The translations under genes were made by a program, and so were the position numbers. Shown in pieces: positions 39,232-50,016 of a stretch of DNA of 64,000 nucleotides (within the stretch, counting starts at the first letter, position 1; every line of letters starts with the position of its first letter). The DNA comes from a virus, in IMG/VR virus record IMGVR_UViG_3300005758_000578, positions 32,001 to 96,000 of that record; one strand, 5' to 3'. The notes below the pieces were generated by a model, which saw nothing but the letters and a program-made list of their open reading frames with translations, was not told the DNA's origin and searched no databases.

Positions 39232-42200
39232 TACCTAAATGATGCAAGTAGTTTATTATTAGAGAGCTTCAATAAGAACTTAGATGATCCAGAAACAATT
39301 TTCTTTAACAGAACCTTATTAATGTAATGTCTAAATTTCTTTCTTTGTGTAGCTCCCTTATTATAATTTACATAAGTTGGATTAATATTCCTAATGTAAC
39401 CGTTGGATTCAGTGGCCCACATAGGTGTAAATGTACCAGTAAATTCACCACGGTCATTAGTAATATCCCAGAATTGATTGAATCTATATTTCTGTTCTTC
39501 TTTAGAGAATAAGATATCAATGTTATTAGCATTTACTAATGGATAACTATTAATCAAATATGGATCATTCTTAGGAGATAGATTTAATCTTAGATCACCA
39601 GAAATTTGTTCTGTGTTATAGATGATAGCCCGGTCAAAGTTCTCATCTAATAAATGATGATAGTCTAAACAGTTGGGAGAATATCTATAGCACTCTAAGA
39701 TATATTCTACTGATCTAGTTGTTGTAACAGTTTGACCTTGGTTCTGTACATACTCTACCTCAAATGGATAGTTAACACCATAATAGTTACAGAAAGAATC
39801 ACATACTAAGTTATGTTTCCAGATACCATTATCCTTTACAGTCATGTAGTAAGTCTTACTAGACATTACTAAGTTAGGATGCCAGTCATGGAATGAAATA
39901 AATGCTCTAGCTTTAGGGTCATAACTTACTGTCCAGGAAGCATTTTCAAAATATGTAGGATCTCCTAAATCAAATTGATATCCGGGGAAATCTACATGAC
40001 CAAACTTATTACTGTACAGATAAGTTACTTTACCCTTATACTGTGGCTTAAGTTGGAAGTCACGCTTACAGAAGAATACAATCTCATTGATGTTGTCATA
40101 TGTTGTTTGACAACCTATACCAATAATTGTATTGTCTATAATATTAGGATCCAAATTAGGGAAGTCTACTAATAAAGCATATGGACTATACTGTGAGAAC
40201 CACCACTTCATACCAGACTTAGATATATCTTGTAAGCCTTGACCATAGGAGAATACTTTACCCTGGTTTTGACTCATGTAAAATAATCCGGCTGGTGTAT
40301 TAATTACAGACAATCTATTCTGGCAGCTCCCATATTCAAACTCAGGATCTGAGTTTACTAAATTCTGTAATGGTTGTGCATTAAATAACTGACCATCACC
40401 AATAGATAATTTAGTACCACCGTTAAGATCTAATGTTTCTACACCCTGGAATAAGATAGGAGAGTTATTATTTAACATAATAATTGCTCCGGTCTTACCT
40501 ACAGAACGCATGCTAACTACTTGAGAATCAAAGTCTTTATAGTTATTAGCTAAGAACTGTCTCCAGTTATCTTTACTTAATTCAAACTGTTGTTGCAATG
40601 AATAGATAACCCGTTTATCATATGTTGTATAACATGATACATTAGCCGGATCATAAATTCTAGATTGCATATTACCCCATGATGCAAAGTTTGAGAAGTG
40701 CTTACTAATACTTAAAGCATAGTCATACTTCTGATAGTTTGTATCTTTAATATATGGAGTACGGAACATCTCCTCATAATCAGTGTAAGTAGTAAAGTCA
40801 TAATGTCTCTTACCTGGATCATCTCCGTAATCTCTATATGCTAAGTTAATCTCTGATTCTACATAAAAGTCCCGGATACCAGAGTTAAACAAATACATAT
40901 ATGCATATCTAACCATGAATGCTCCAGATATAGTCCTTCTATCTAAATGGTGAAAATCATTAGGTAATGCTTGATCACCACCAAATATACCACCTAATAA
41001 ATCAGCAGCATTATATTTAGTAGTATCCATCCAATATCTTGGATAAGGAAGCATGTTATATAATCTATAATCCCACTCAGTATTATCTGGCATATCCTGC
41101 ATCCACTGAGAGAAATAGAAGAATGTAGATTTCTCAGTGTAGCGGTTAACATACATGTCACCACCAAAGATTACAGCTGATGTAGACTTAGAAGATATTA
41201 CAGGAAATAAATTAATGCAACCAATAGGCACTTGTCTAATATTATCCAATTGACCATATTGATTATCATTCTTAATCTTTAATGCAGCATAGTGAGCAGA
41301 TGTAGTTGATGACTGAACAAAGTCTTCTGGTTTCTTCCAGATATCTTTTGCTTTAATTGGTTTATTATCATTGTCTACACCATATGAACTAGGTAAAGGT
41401 CTTCCATTCTCTCCTCTAGCAATTTGACCAATTGTAAATAAAGTATTATCTACAACTGTAGGATCTGCAATAGGAGAATTTAAAGATACAGTTACAGTGC
41501 TAGCACGGAACAAATTATTAATCCGGTAAGTAGTATCATAATCCTGAATAACTGGATCAATGTAAAGAGACTTAATAATCTCTCTTCTTCTGTTACCTAC
41601 AGGTGATGCAGCAAAGTTTTTATAGAAACCATGTGATACATATTGATAAGCAAACTGTCTTTTACCACCAGCTGCTTCAATACCCTCAATTAAATTTTGA
41701 GTAGATGCTAACCAGTAATAAGAGAATAAGATTGCATACTGAGCCATTGCACCTATTAATCCGGCAATTGCACCCGTAAATGGTTGAGCTGTTGTAGCAG
41801 TTCCAGCAATAGCAGGAATAGCCGCAGTAATACCAGCAGCAATAAGAAAATCTGTAATGGGAACAGCAGCTCTTGCGGCAGCAACACCTAAAGCAACACC
41901 CGCAAGATTAGCAATGATTGCAGAAGTATCTGTAATAAACTTATCTTTAGGATGATTATCTACTGGTCTAAATCTACCTTCTACATCACCCCATACTTGA
42001 CCATATACTTTTAATTCTGTAGCTGATAGAAAAGGATTCCGGAATGTAGTTTCAGGTGAGTGAAAAGAGAAGATATCTCTTTTAACTCCATCAAACAATT
42101 GTACATCAACAGCACCAGAATTTCCAGTGTGATACTTATCATCATCCATAGTACCACCACGAGTCTGTCTTATTTTAGGTAATTTCTTCTTATCTCTACC

Positions 42201-43922
42201 TAAGAAAGAATCATGATCTAAGAAATTGTACGGATAGTTTACGTACAATCCGGTAATATTGCTATCTACAATATCATAAGATCTCATGTTGTTAATAAGA
42301 CCCTTTGCAATAATAGATCTATTAGCTTCTCTTGATCCTCTTAAGATCTCATAACCAATAATACTTCTGATAGGATTACCTGTTGAATCTTTAGGAAACT
42401 CAATATTAGAGAACTCTACACCTAAAGAAATAATGTTATTATTAACCGGATTATAGTTAGGCATAATAATATCATCAGGAAACTTATGGTGTCTAATTTC
42501 TTGGCCACATAAGGTATCCCATACATCTGGTTTATTATCTGGATATTTTTCAGTAGACTGCCAATAAGCCATCTCACCTTTAAATACAATTGTACCACCA
42601 TCATCAGTGGTTCCAGTTGCAGGTACTTTGGTAGCAGTATTGTTTACTTGCCAGTTTTGTTCTGGACCAAAGTTTACAATATGATCAGGGCCAGAGTTAT
42701 TACTAAGTTCTCCGGGTTTTGATATACGTCCTGGAATATGATAGCTTGCAGATTTTGCACCTGTGTCATAAATCCAGCGTATAAAGAAACTATATACTTC
42801 ATCTCTTAAAAATGTTGGTTTGTTTCCGCCTTTATAATAATAGTCAGCGGGATATTCTACACCTACCCAATTAGTGCTAATCTTATTAGCTAAGGGTTGG
42901 TAATTAAAATCTTCATAAGTGGTAGGAGCAATACGGATAAGGTATTCATTTACATTATACATACCCTGTGATTTCTCATAAGCCGGGGTACGTAAAGGTA
43001 TTTGCTCCAAAGGAACTGTAGGTAATGTAGGATCTACAGCATCTAATGATATAGTACTAGTCTGAGTAGAATAGTAACCAATTCTTCTAGCTACAGCTTG
43101 TTGATTAACAAAACCAATAACTACTAACTCAAACTCATCATACTCTGTATCTAAACCATTAATAAAAATATCTAATGACCCGTTTACATTATCATGTGTC
43201 CATAAAGCCTGTACGTTAGAAATAGCTAAGTAGTCAGATACTTTAACACCATTAACTGAGTAAGCAATTGTAGCTTGGTATGATCCATTAAGTAAGGTAC
43301 CTAAACCATTACCTTTCTTTACCTGAATACAAGGAGTCTTAGCATATGCTGCTAATCTTAATTTATCACAATCAATTACTCCAGTTGATACTTCATCTTT
43401 ACAAGGTCCTGGAAGAACATCTGTTGTAAGATAAGGAACACCATCCCAATTACCTACAGGATAAGGCCATGATTCTTCCTTACCAATATTCATAGTCCGG
43501 GATACATTGTATCCATGATCCCAGTATAAAGACCAAGTACAATCAGAGTTATACTTAGATACACCAATTACTGGATATTCTTTAAAGAACTTAAAGCATT
43601 GGTTTAAAGGATCATTGTGAATAGTATTATATGCACATGTTTCTTCATGAAATAATCCTACTTCAGAAGCAAAATTATTAGAGGAATAAACAGCCCAATA
43701 ACCGTTATTAATATATACAGTACCAATGATTGTATAAGGAGCTCTTGCACAAAGTACATTACTAGGCTCATTACCTAATACACCAACATCTCCAGAAGGA
43801 GAGTTGTTTACTGCATTTCTAGCATGTGTCCAATAACCTTCACCTATATAAGTATCACTTACGTCTTTAAGTAAGCCTTTGTTATATAGCTCGGTGTGTA
43901 TTAAACTGGTTTTACCGTCCAT
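39231..43922 (-). CDS. Tail muzzle/stabilisation protein (crAss-like, P22 gp10-related)
   Basis: About 1563 aa, beta-rich; WTHARNA, FLRDEVYSFFIRW, FGGDMYVNRY, WTVSYDP...ISFHDW; follows ring genes. Start 43922 overlaps the upstream stop. Confidence 0.8.
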   Translation of the reverse strand: MDGKTSLIHTELYNKGLLKDVSDTYIGEGYWTHARNAVNNSPSGDVGVLGNEPSNVLCARAPYTIIGTVYINNGYWAVYSSNNFASEVGLFHEETCAYNTIHNDPLNQCFKFFKEYPVIGVSKYNSDCTWSLYWDHGYNVSRTMNIGKEESWPYPVGNWDGVPYLTTDVLPGPCKDEVSTGVIDCDKLRLAAYAKTPCIQVKKGNGLGTLLNGSYQATIAYSVNGVKVSDYLAISNVQALWTHDNVNGSLDIFINGLDTEYDEFELVVIGFVNQQAVARRIGYYSTQTSTISLDAVDPTLPTVPLEQIPLRTPAYEKSQGMYNVNEYLIRIAPTTYEDFNYQPLANKISTNWVGVEYPADYYYKGGNKPTFLRDEVYSFFIRWIYDTGAKSASYHIPGRISKPGELSNNSGPDHIVNFGPEQNWQVNNTATKVPATGTTDDGGTIVFKGEMAYWQSTEKYPDNKPDVWDTLCGQEIRHHKFPDDIIMPNYNPVNNNIISLGVEFSNIEFPKDSTGNPIRSIIGYEILRGSREANRSIIAKGLINNMRSYDIVDSNITGLYVNYPYNFLDHDSFLGRDKKKLPKIRQTRGGTMDDDKYHTGNSGAVDVQLFDGVKRDIFSFHSPETTFRNPFLSATELKVYGQVWGDVEGRFRPVDNHPKDKFITDTSAIIANLAGVALGVAAARAAVPITDFLIAAGITAAIPAIAGTATTAQPFTGAIAGLIGAMAQYAILFSYYWLASTQNLIEGIEAAGGKRQFAYQYVSHGFYKNFAASPVGNRRREIIKSLYIDPVIQDYDTTYRINNLFRASTVTVSLNSPIADPTVVDNTLFTIGQIARGENGRPLPSSYGVDNDNKPIKAKDIWKKPEDFVQSSTTSAHYAALKIKNDNQYGQLDNIRQVPIGCINLFPVISSKSTSAVIFGGDMYVNRYTEKSTFFYFSQWMQDMPDNTEWDYRLYNMLPYPRYWMDTTKYNAADLLGGIFGGDQALPNDFHHLDRRTISGAFMVRYAYMYLFNSGIRDFYVESEINLAYRDYGDDPGKRHYDFTTYTDYEEMFRTPYIKDTNYQKYDYALSISKHFSNFASWGNMQSRIYDPANVSCYTTYDKRVIYSLQQQFELSKDNWRQFLANNYKDFDSQVVSMRSVGKTGAIIMLNNNSPILFQGVETLDLNGGTKLSIGDGQLFNAQPLQNLVNSDPEFEYGSCQNRLSVINTPAGLFYMSQNQGKVFSYGQGLQDISKSGMKWWFSQYSPYALLVDFPNLDPNIIDNTIIGIGCQTTYDNINEIVFFCKRDFQLKPQYKGKVTYLYSNKFGHVDFPGYQFDLGDPTYFENASWTVSYDPKARAFISFHDWHPNLVMSSKTYYMTVKDNGIWKHNLVCDSFCNYYGVNYPFEVEYVQNQGQTVTTTRSVEYILECYRYSPNCLDYHHLLDENFDRAIIYNTEQISGDLRLNLSPKNDPYLINSYPLVNANNIDILFSKEEQKYRFNQFWDITNDRGEFTGTFTPMWATESNGYIRNINPTYVNYNKGATQRKKFRHYINKVLLKKIVSGSSKFLLKLSNNKLLASFR

Positions 43923-44788
43923 TATCTCCAACTATTAAAATTATAACTTTTAAATTGATCGTAATATTTGCCATATTGAGCCTTACGGTTCATCTGCCAC
44001 ATCTTATACATCTCAGCAAAGTCTGGAGTATTTACTAATGACAAGGCATTATTACGGGCTGCTCTTAATCTCTGTTCAATTAAATTAAGTTTCTGTACTA
44101 CATCTTCCCCATTCATATACAAGTTCTCAAGCAATCTCTGTTTAAGAGCATATTCATAATACTCATTTACATATGGGTTATCTAATACCATCAAGTTACC
44201 CTCTTCATCTTCCATAGTACCTTCATAGTTGATGTATACTTTACCGTGGTCTAGATTTAGATAAATGTAACCATTCTTAAGTTGTCCTTTATACGGTGAC
44301 TTCCAGGTAAGATTAGGACAGTCACAAGAAATAGTTTTAGAGTTATTATCTAAAGAGATAACTGTACTAATCTCATATGTCCGGGTCTCATACTGTGTAG
44401 TCTGAATTACTTGTAATAAATCACCACACTGAGTCAAACAAGTATTAGGTTGACAAGTACAGGGATCATCACAATTTGGATTAAAGGGTACAATAGTATC
44501 CTCTCTATGCGTACCAGAAATAGCGGGCTGTGTAATGCTATATTCACCACACAACATTGCATAGTTTAATACATAGAAATCATCAGGTAGTCTTACTTTA
44601 CTATTGACAATATCAAGTACTGCTTCCTTAGTTTTATTAATCCTAAGACCTAAATCATAATTAACTCTCTGAACAACTTTAATAAGTTGCTGAGGCTCTA
44701 TCATATTCTCTAAAGCATACATAGAGAAATCAACACTTACATCTTCAAGTAATTGATTAAATGTACGATATTTTAATTCTGTAAGCAT
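43922..44788 (-). CDS. Tail ring/tubular protein
   Basis: 288 aa; VRLPDDFY, GKVYINYEG...DEEGNLMVLD; directly before the muzzle gene. Confidence 0.7.
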   Translation of the reverse strand: MLTELKYRTFNQLLEDVSVDFSMYALENMIEPQQLIKVVQRVNYDLGLRINKTKEAVLDIVNSKVRLPDDFYVLNYAMLCGEYSITQPAISGTHREDTIVPFNPNCDDPCTCQPNTCLTQCGDLLQVIQTTQYETRTYEISTVISLDNNSKTISCDCPNLTWKSPYKGQLKNGYIYLNLDHGKVYINYEGTMEDEEGNLMVLDNPYVNEYYEYALKQRLLENLYMNGEDVVQKLNLIEQRLRAARNNALSLVNTPDFAEMYKMWQMNRKAQYGKYYDQFKSYNFNSWR

Positions 44789-45456
44789 TATCTATTTGGA
44801 TTAATATTGTCATCACTAAGATCTGTAGGAATAGATAATCTAGATCCTAAATCTTTAATTGCCATTGCTTCAATTTCAGCTAATAAGAATTCAGGTACAT
44901 TAATACCCAAATCCTGTTTCTTAGTACATGCATTAGCATCATTAGTTGCATCTTCTGTAAAAATTGCCTCTACCTTAATAGCATCCCAATCAAGATTAGG
45001 CATGTATAAATATCCATTCAAGTACCAAAAGTATTTAAACTTGTTATACTTAAAGCCGGTTGTTTTAGTCATAGAGGTATATTGACCAGGTGTGGTTGCA
45101 TATAACTCTTCAGATGCATCAATAGAGCTCACTGTGCGAATCAAAGGACCCCAGTAACCCTCTAACATAGTAGGAAGTTTTTCTTTTGTTCTACGGATAG
45201 TGCAGCCGGATTTAATACCAGCACAACATGCCTCAATTTTATCTACTTCAATTAACTCTAAACAGTCTAGAGTTCTCCAGATAGAATTAAATTTCATTAG
45301 CTTATTCTGAGAATCTTGTCTTCTCATTAAAAGCTGTGAGTATTTTACTACTACACTATAAACATATCTATCTGTCAGAAAAGCATCTTGCCTTACTGCT
45401 TTTACTTGATTCTTTACCCGTGATATTACGGTGCCAATAGTTATCATTTTTATCAA
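44788..45456 (-). CDS. Tail ring-like structural protein
   Basis: CLELIEVD...C...RTKEKLP, YFWYLNGYLY; crAss-like tail synteny. True start may be 45447. Confidence 0.65.
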   Translation of the reverse strand: MIKMITIGTVISRVKNQVKAVRQDAFLTDRYVYSVVVKYSQLLMRRQDSQNKLMKFNSIWRTLDCLELIEVDKIEACCAGIKSGCTIRRTKEKLPTMLEGYWGPLIRTVSSIDASEELYATTPGQYTSMTKTTGFKYNKFKYFWYLNGYLYMPNLDWDAIKVEAIFTEDATNDANACTKKQDLGINVPEFLLAEIEAMAIKDLGSRLSIPTDLSDDNINPNR

Positions 45457-46034
45457 AATTCAAATTCATCATATAACTTTAGCACCTCTTGATCTTGTTT
45501 TTTACCACCCTCTTTTCTCATGGCTTTAGAAAACATCTCAGATACTTTTTTATATGAATCCACAACAATGTATTTCTGCCAAGACACAGGATACTCTTTA
45601 GCTACTGATCTCTTGAATTGTCTTATAGCTTGAAAACCCCATAACTCACGGTTTGCAAACTTATATTTAGTTTGATAATTAGTATAGAATATCTTAGCTA
45701 ACTTAGAATCTGATTCTAAATTCCTGTTCTTTATTTCTTTACCGTATTTAACTGATAGACCATAATTTACATTAGTCTCTCTGTTAAATGTACAGGTACC
45801 TATGAACAGGTATCCCAGACTTTCAGGTAACTCAACTCCATCCCTATACGCAATTACCTCTTTCCAAATATTTTCATTAAATGTCATCACTATCTTTTTT
45901 ATAGTTTTGTCATCTAATGATGAGAACTCAGGATGCTTCTCTTTAAACTCAACCAGAAAGTCTTTATTCAAGATTCTTTTAGGTTTTATTCTCAGTCTTG
46001 AAGCGTGTAAATCAGGTGCTTTATAACCTCTCAT
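45453..46034 (-). CDS. IHF/HU-like DNA-binding protein
   Basis: IKKIVMTFNENIWKEVI...GVELPESLGYLFI and WGFQAIRQFKR resemble the HU/IHF fold; IHF-like genes precede tail genes in crAss-like phages. Confidence 0.65.
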   Translation of the reverse strand: MRGYKAPDLHASRLRIKPKRILNKDFLVEFKEKHPEFSSLDDKTIKKIVMTFNENIWKEVIAYRDGVELPESLGYLFIGTCTFNRETNVNYGLSVKYGKEIKNRNLESDSKLAKIFYTNYQTKYKFANRELWGFQAIRQFKRSVAKEYPVSWQKYIVVDSYKKVSEMFSKAMRKEGGKKQDQEVLKLYDEFEF

Positions 46035-46042
46035 GCCTTGAC

Positions 46043-46057
46043 TACATTAATAAGATA
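46043..46057 (-). promoter_or_regulatory. Putative late promoter of the tail/cargo operon
   Basis: TATCTTAT-TAA-TGTA in a 39-nt gap. Confidence 0.5.
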
Positions 46058-46073
46058 CAAAATTTAATCCAGA

Positions 46074-47282
46074 TTAAATACAGTTATAAACAAACTCTCC
46101 AATCTTACCGTTGTCATAATCATGAACTTCAATAATAGCAGCTCTTTTGCTACCAATAAATTTATTATGATAATGCCAGTAGTCAGTTTTAGATAAACTA
46201 GGTATGATTTTAATAGAAAAACCGGTTATCTCATCCTCTGTAATATACTCCACAGTCTTCTTTTTGTGATAATGCCCGGTATATAAAGTTCTAAACTTAG
46301 TATTACCCCAAGATTCTGAGAACTCAGTAGCATATACTAATAAAGAGTTTTTAGTATTTACATCACCATGCTCAAATGCAAAGAAGTTATTATTAAATGT
46401 AAGTACTTTTCTTTCTGCATAATCAGAGTGCCATACAATATTTTCTTCCTGGATAGCTTTAGATAAAGCATGTACTAAATGATATGATGATAATCTATCA
46501 TGATTACCCGGAATGTACATAATATGTAATGTCTCACATCTCTCCTTTAAAAAACGAATGCCCTGGTATAGGGCATCAAAGGCATCAGCATATACTTTAT
46601 AAGCTTTATCAGAATTCTCTACAGGAGTACCTGATGTGGTTGTACCATTAAACGTATCCATGTTTAATATATCACCACCTATCACGTACACTAGATCATC
46701 TATAAAATAATTATTACTTACACTTTCTGTAAGTTGTTCTAATGAAGCAAAGTATTGTTCTATGATATCATCATTACCATCTTTTCCAATATGCATATCT
46801 TGCATAGATAGTACACAGCTTACATACCGGTGTCTCTTTTGCTTCTTTATAACTACCGGCTGATACTTAGGTTTAAAATTATCAATGATATCTTTTAAAT
46901 AGTCCTCTTTAGTTTTTACAATCTTAGTTACTAAAGCTGATACTAACCATTTATCATTCTTCTCTTTGTTCCAGTACTGAGATAATTTCCATTCTGTAGT
47001 ATCTATACCCAAAATAGCTATGATCTCTTCAGGAGTTTTAGGATTCACTGATACTAGTTTCTCTATTTTTCCGGTGCCTTTTTCTAAATCATAAGACTCA
47101 GAATTGATTCTTTCCGTATTGTTATCAGAGTTATATTTTAATTTTTTAGATTTAAATCCCAGAGACTTTTTAATCTTTAAATATTCATCTAATGTAATAC
47201 CTAATCTTCTTGCACACTCAACGTTAGATAGCTTCCAAGTCGTGCTTTTAGCTACTCTATCTTTTAATTCTTGTGAGTACAT
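46074..47282 (-). CDS. Calcineurin-like metallophosphoesterase with N-terminal HTH
   Basis: DMHIG, GGDILN, PGNHD, EHGD, TGHYH; N-terminal SNVECARRLGIT. Confidence 0.9.
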   Translation of the reverse strand: MYSQELKDRVAKSTTWKLSNVECARRLGITLDEYLKIKKSLGFKSKKLKYNSDNNTERINSESYDLEKGTGKIEKLVSVNPKTPEEIIAILGIDTTEWKLSQYWNKEKNDKWLVSALVTKIVKTKEDYLKDIIDNFKPKYQPVVIKKQKRHRYVSCVLSMQDMHIGKDGNDDIIEQYFASLEQLTESVSNNYFIDDLVYVIGGDILNMDTFNGTTTSGTPVENSDKAYKVYADAFDALYQGIRFLKERCETLHIMYIPGNHDRLSSYHLVHALSKAIQEENIVWHSDYAERKVLTFNNNFFAFEHGDVNTKNSLLVYATEFSESWGNTKFRTLYTGHYHKKKTVEYITEDEITGFSIKIIPSLSKTDYWHYHNKFIGSKRAAIIEVHDYDNGKIGEFVYNCI

Positions 47283-47298
47283 GTAGTAATTGTTTTAT

Positions 47299-47306
47299 CA
47301 AATGTA
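47299..47306 (-). promoter_or_regulatory. Bacteroidota-type -7 element TACATTTG
   Basis: TAnnTTTG 16 nt upstream of the phosphoesterase ATG. Confidence 0.55.
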
Positions 47307-47335
47307 ATAAAAATAGTTTATAATCAAGTTATTAT

Positions 47336-47365
47336 ACAATAAACCCCGGCTTTTTACACCGGGGT
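47336..47365 (-). terminator. Rho-independent terminator
   Basis: ACCCCGG-tgtaaaaag-CCGGGGT-TTATTGT. Confidence 0.75.
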
Positions 47366-47411
47366 CTAAATCAGAGGGATAAACCAACAAACCCTCTTTG
47401 TACTTATATAC
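47336..47411 (-). ncRNA. Candidate ~75-nt small RNA
   Basis: Late promoter motif (47409-47423), hairpin AGAGGG/CCCUCU with a 13-nt loop, then a terminator; no ORF between. Confidence 0.45.
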
Positions 47412-47447
47412 AATAATAATATACTGCAGTTGGTTTAATTAAGCAAG

Positions 47448-48320
47448 CTATTTTTCTAAAGCTTTTATAATATCTTTTGCATCAAAGATATCAGCATCTA
47501 CTACATATGGATATTCCATAGGATCACCAATAATATTATACTTATGGAGATAAGAATATTTTAAACTTGGTTTTCTAGTAGCTGGTTTAGCAACAACGTT
47601 TGTATGTAAATCATAACCAAAAACATTTGGATCATTAGCAATCCAACAAACTACTGAAGGTAAACCTAATGCCGCAGTAGCATGATTTGCAAAAGAATCA
47701 ATTAATAAACGTTTGGTAGACAGCATTAACAATACACACAATGATCTAAATCCTTCATTGACAGTTACTGTATTATGTAAAGCCGGTTGATCTTCTCTAC
47801 GGATATGACAGATTACATAATCTTTAGAGAAATGATCTACTACTTCTTGTGCAATTGGAATAGGTAGATCTCTGGCCCAAGAATGTTTAGTCTCTTGACC
47901 TACGGCACCACCATTAGTTTGAATAACCATAATAGGCTTATCAACTATGTACTTGTTAGTAAAGTAACTAATCTCTGAATTAGTTAAAAATAATTGTGGA
48001 AATTCTTCCTGGTAAGTATAGTTAAACATCTTTGACCAGGTAACAATTAAGTGCTCCTCACCTTTAATATGAGCTGCCTCTAAATAAGGGTTGTGGGCAT
48101 GTACCTTAACTTCTTGATTCTCAATGTAATCTTCATAGAAGTATGTCTGTTGTCCTAAAATAAAAACCCTATCTACAATAGGGTTATTTAAAAACACTTC
48201 AGGAAAACCAGTAATGACAATTAATTTAGATTCTGGATGTGCTTTTTTAATTACCTCACATACAGCCGTGGCCATTATAGACTTACCTAGACCACCATCA
48301 ATTTGAAAAATAACATTCAT
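47448..48320 (-). CDS. Glycosyltransferase, GT9/heptosyltransferase-like
   Basis: IDGGLGKSIMAT, PEVFLNNPIVD, LLIDSFANHATAALGLPSVVCW...FGY. Confidence 0.8.
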   Translation of the reverse strand: MNVIFQIDGGLGKSIMATAVCEVIKKAHPESKLIVITGFPEVFLNNPIVDRVFILGQQTYFYEDYIENQEVKVHAHNPYLEAAHIKGEEHLIVTWSKMFNYTYQEEFPQLFLTNSEISYFTNKYIVDKPIMVIQTNGGAVGQETKHSWARDLPIPIAQEVVDHFSKDYVICHIRREDQPALHNTVTVNEGFRSLCVLLMLSTKRLLIDSFANHATAALGLPSVVCWIANDPNVFGYDLHTNVVAKPATRKPSLKYSYLHKYNIIGDPMEYPYVVDADIFDAKDIIKALEK

Positions 48321-48338
48321 AGATTAAATATATTTAAG

Positions 48339-48346
48339 CAAATATA
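48339..48346 (-). promoter_or_regulatory. Bacteroidota-type -7 element TATATTTG
   Basis: TAnnTTTG 18 nt upstream of the glycosyltransferase ATG. Confidence 0.55.
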
Positions 48347-48378
48347 AGTAATCTATGAATGTTATATAGATTTTTTTA

Positions 48379-49785
48379 TTATGGTACAATAGTCAATACA
48401 CCAGCATTGCTCCAAACCGCACCGCTTGGAAGACCTACACTTGATGTAGGAATATTAGTTAATACTAAACGGTTAGCGTGAAAAGCACAAGCTAATCTAG
48501 AAGTAACAGCACAACCTACAACAGAACTATAGTCATGACTTGCCACGTTTAATAAACCTCCTAAAATATATGTATGAAGTCCACAAGCAGTATTTTGACC
48601 ACCTGCAAATACACCAGACCAACATCCACTAGCTACGTTGCAACAACCACCACCAATTGCACTTACCCAACCAGTAACACAGTTTAAGAATCCAGATCCT
48701 ACAAAACCATTATTGCAACTTGCAAGGTTACGACCTCCACCACCAATAAATGTATATGGTCCAGTTGCCACGTTCAAGTAACCACCACCAATAAATGATG
48801 GGTCACCACCTGCTGTATTGCTATCACCACCCATAATTGAAGAACGGGTATTAGAAGTCATATTACATTGACCGCCTCCAATAAAATTTTGGAGTGAACA
48901 TGTTCTATTATAATATCCACCACCAATAAAACTATTACTACCACCTGAAATATTATTACCACCACCACCAATAAAACTTTGAGATCCATTTGTAACATTA
49001 TACTGACCACCACCAACAAATGAAAGAGATGCTCCAGGATTTACAGTATTATTATATCCACCAACAATTGTAGAAAATCCAGAATGTACATAATTAGTAC
49101 TACCTCCTAAAATAGCAGAACATGCTTCATTCATATAATTGTTTGTACCATTACCAATAAATGAATATCTAGGTTGATTTCCTGTACAAACAACAAGGTT
49201 ATTATTACCTCCAACAACAGCATTTCCAAAAGTGTTAATTTGTATAGTATTAGCACTCCCACCACCAATAAAACCATAAGGACTACAAATTCTATTACCA
49301 CCACCACTAATAATTACAGAATAAGTACTTGCAGCTATACTATTATTACAACCACCAATAATACTATTAATATCGTCAACGCCACTTGTTCCAGATATAG
49401 TATTATTACTACCACCACCAATATTAGAATATTTTACAGATACATTATTAGTAAATCCACCTGAAATATTAGAATATGGTCCAGATACTGCATTTACAGT
49501 ACCTCCACTAATAGTAGAATAGCAACCAGTAGCATTATTTAATTCTCCAGATAATACTCCAGAATAAGCACCACTAGCACAGTTACTGGCAGCATCTCTT
49601 AAAGTAGATTTTAATCCGGTACCTTCTACAATAATAGATGATCCACTAGGAGGTGTAGGTCCTGGGGTAAGTGTATTAACATAATCCACTAAGGTATTAA
49701 GGTGACCCATTCTAGCCACATCAAAATCCTGACTATTTCTAATAAAGGGATCAGGTGATTTCGGTATAAATCTTTCAATTGTCAT
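48379..49785 (-). CDS. Fibre protein with ~15-aa SFIGGGxxN repeats
   Basis: More than 20 tandem repeats, many with Cys; C-terminal LTNIPTSSVGLPSGAVWSNAGVLTIV. Confidence 0.8.
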   Translation of the reverse strand: MTIERFIPKSPDPFIRNSQDFDVARMGHLNTLVDYVNTLTPGPTPPSGSSIIVEGTGLKSTLRDAASNCASGAYSGVLSGELNNATGCYSTISGGTVNAVSGPYSNISGGFTNNVSVKYSNIGGGSNNTISGTSGVDDINSIIGGCNNSIAASTYSVIISGGGNRICSPYGFIGGGSANTIQINTFGNAVVGGNNNLVVCTGNQPRYSFIGNGTNNYMNEACSAILGGSTNYVHSGFSTIVGGYNNTVNPGASLSFVGGGQYNVTNGSQSFIGGGGNNISGGSNSFIGGGYYNRTCSLQNFIGGGQCNMTSNTRSSIMGGDSNTAGGDPSFIGGGYLNVATGPYTFIGGGGRNLASCNNGFVGSGFLNCVTGWVSAIGGGCCNVASGCWSGVFAGGQNTACGLHTYILGGLLNVASHDYSSVVGCAVTSRLACAFHANRLVLTNIPTSSVGLPSGAVWSNAGVLTIVP

Positions 49786-49818
49786 TTTTATAATTATTAA
49801 ATTTTATCAAATATTTTA

Positions 49819-50016
49819 TTAATTAGGTGCGGCACGTTCTGTAAGAACTTCCTCAATTTCACCAAATTCCACATCAGGTTGACTATTAATAAACTGTACA
49901 GCTAATACAATATTAGTTGTTTCTACTAAACCATAACATCCTTTAGTCATAGCAATGTTTAATGCTTCGCTGATAATTTGTTTAGCTAACTGTGGGGTCA
50001 TTTTGTTGTTGTTCAT
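49819..50016 (-). CDS. Small hypothetical protein
   Basis: 65 aa with A-rich leader, between fibre genes. Confidence 0.6.
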   Translation of the reverse strand: MNNNKMTPQLAKQIISEALNIAMTKGCYGLVETTNIVLAVQFINSQPDVEFGEIEEVLTERAAPN

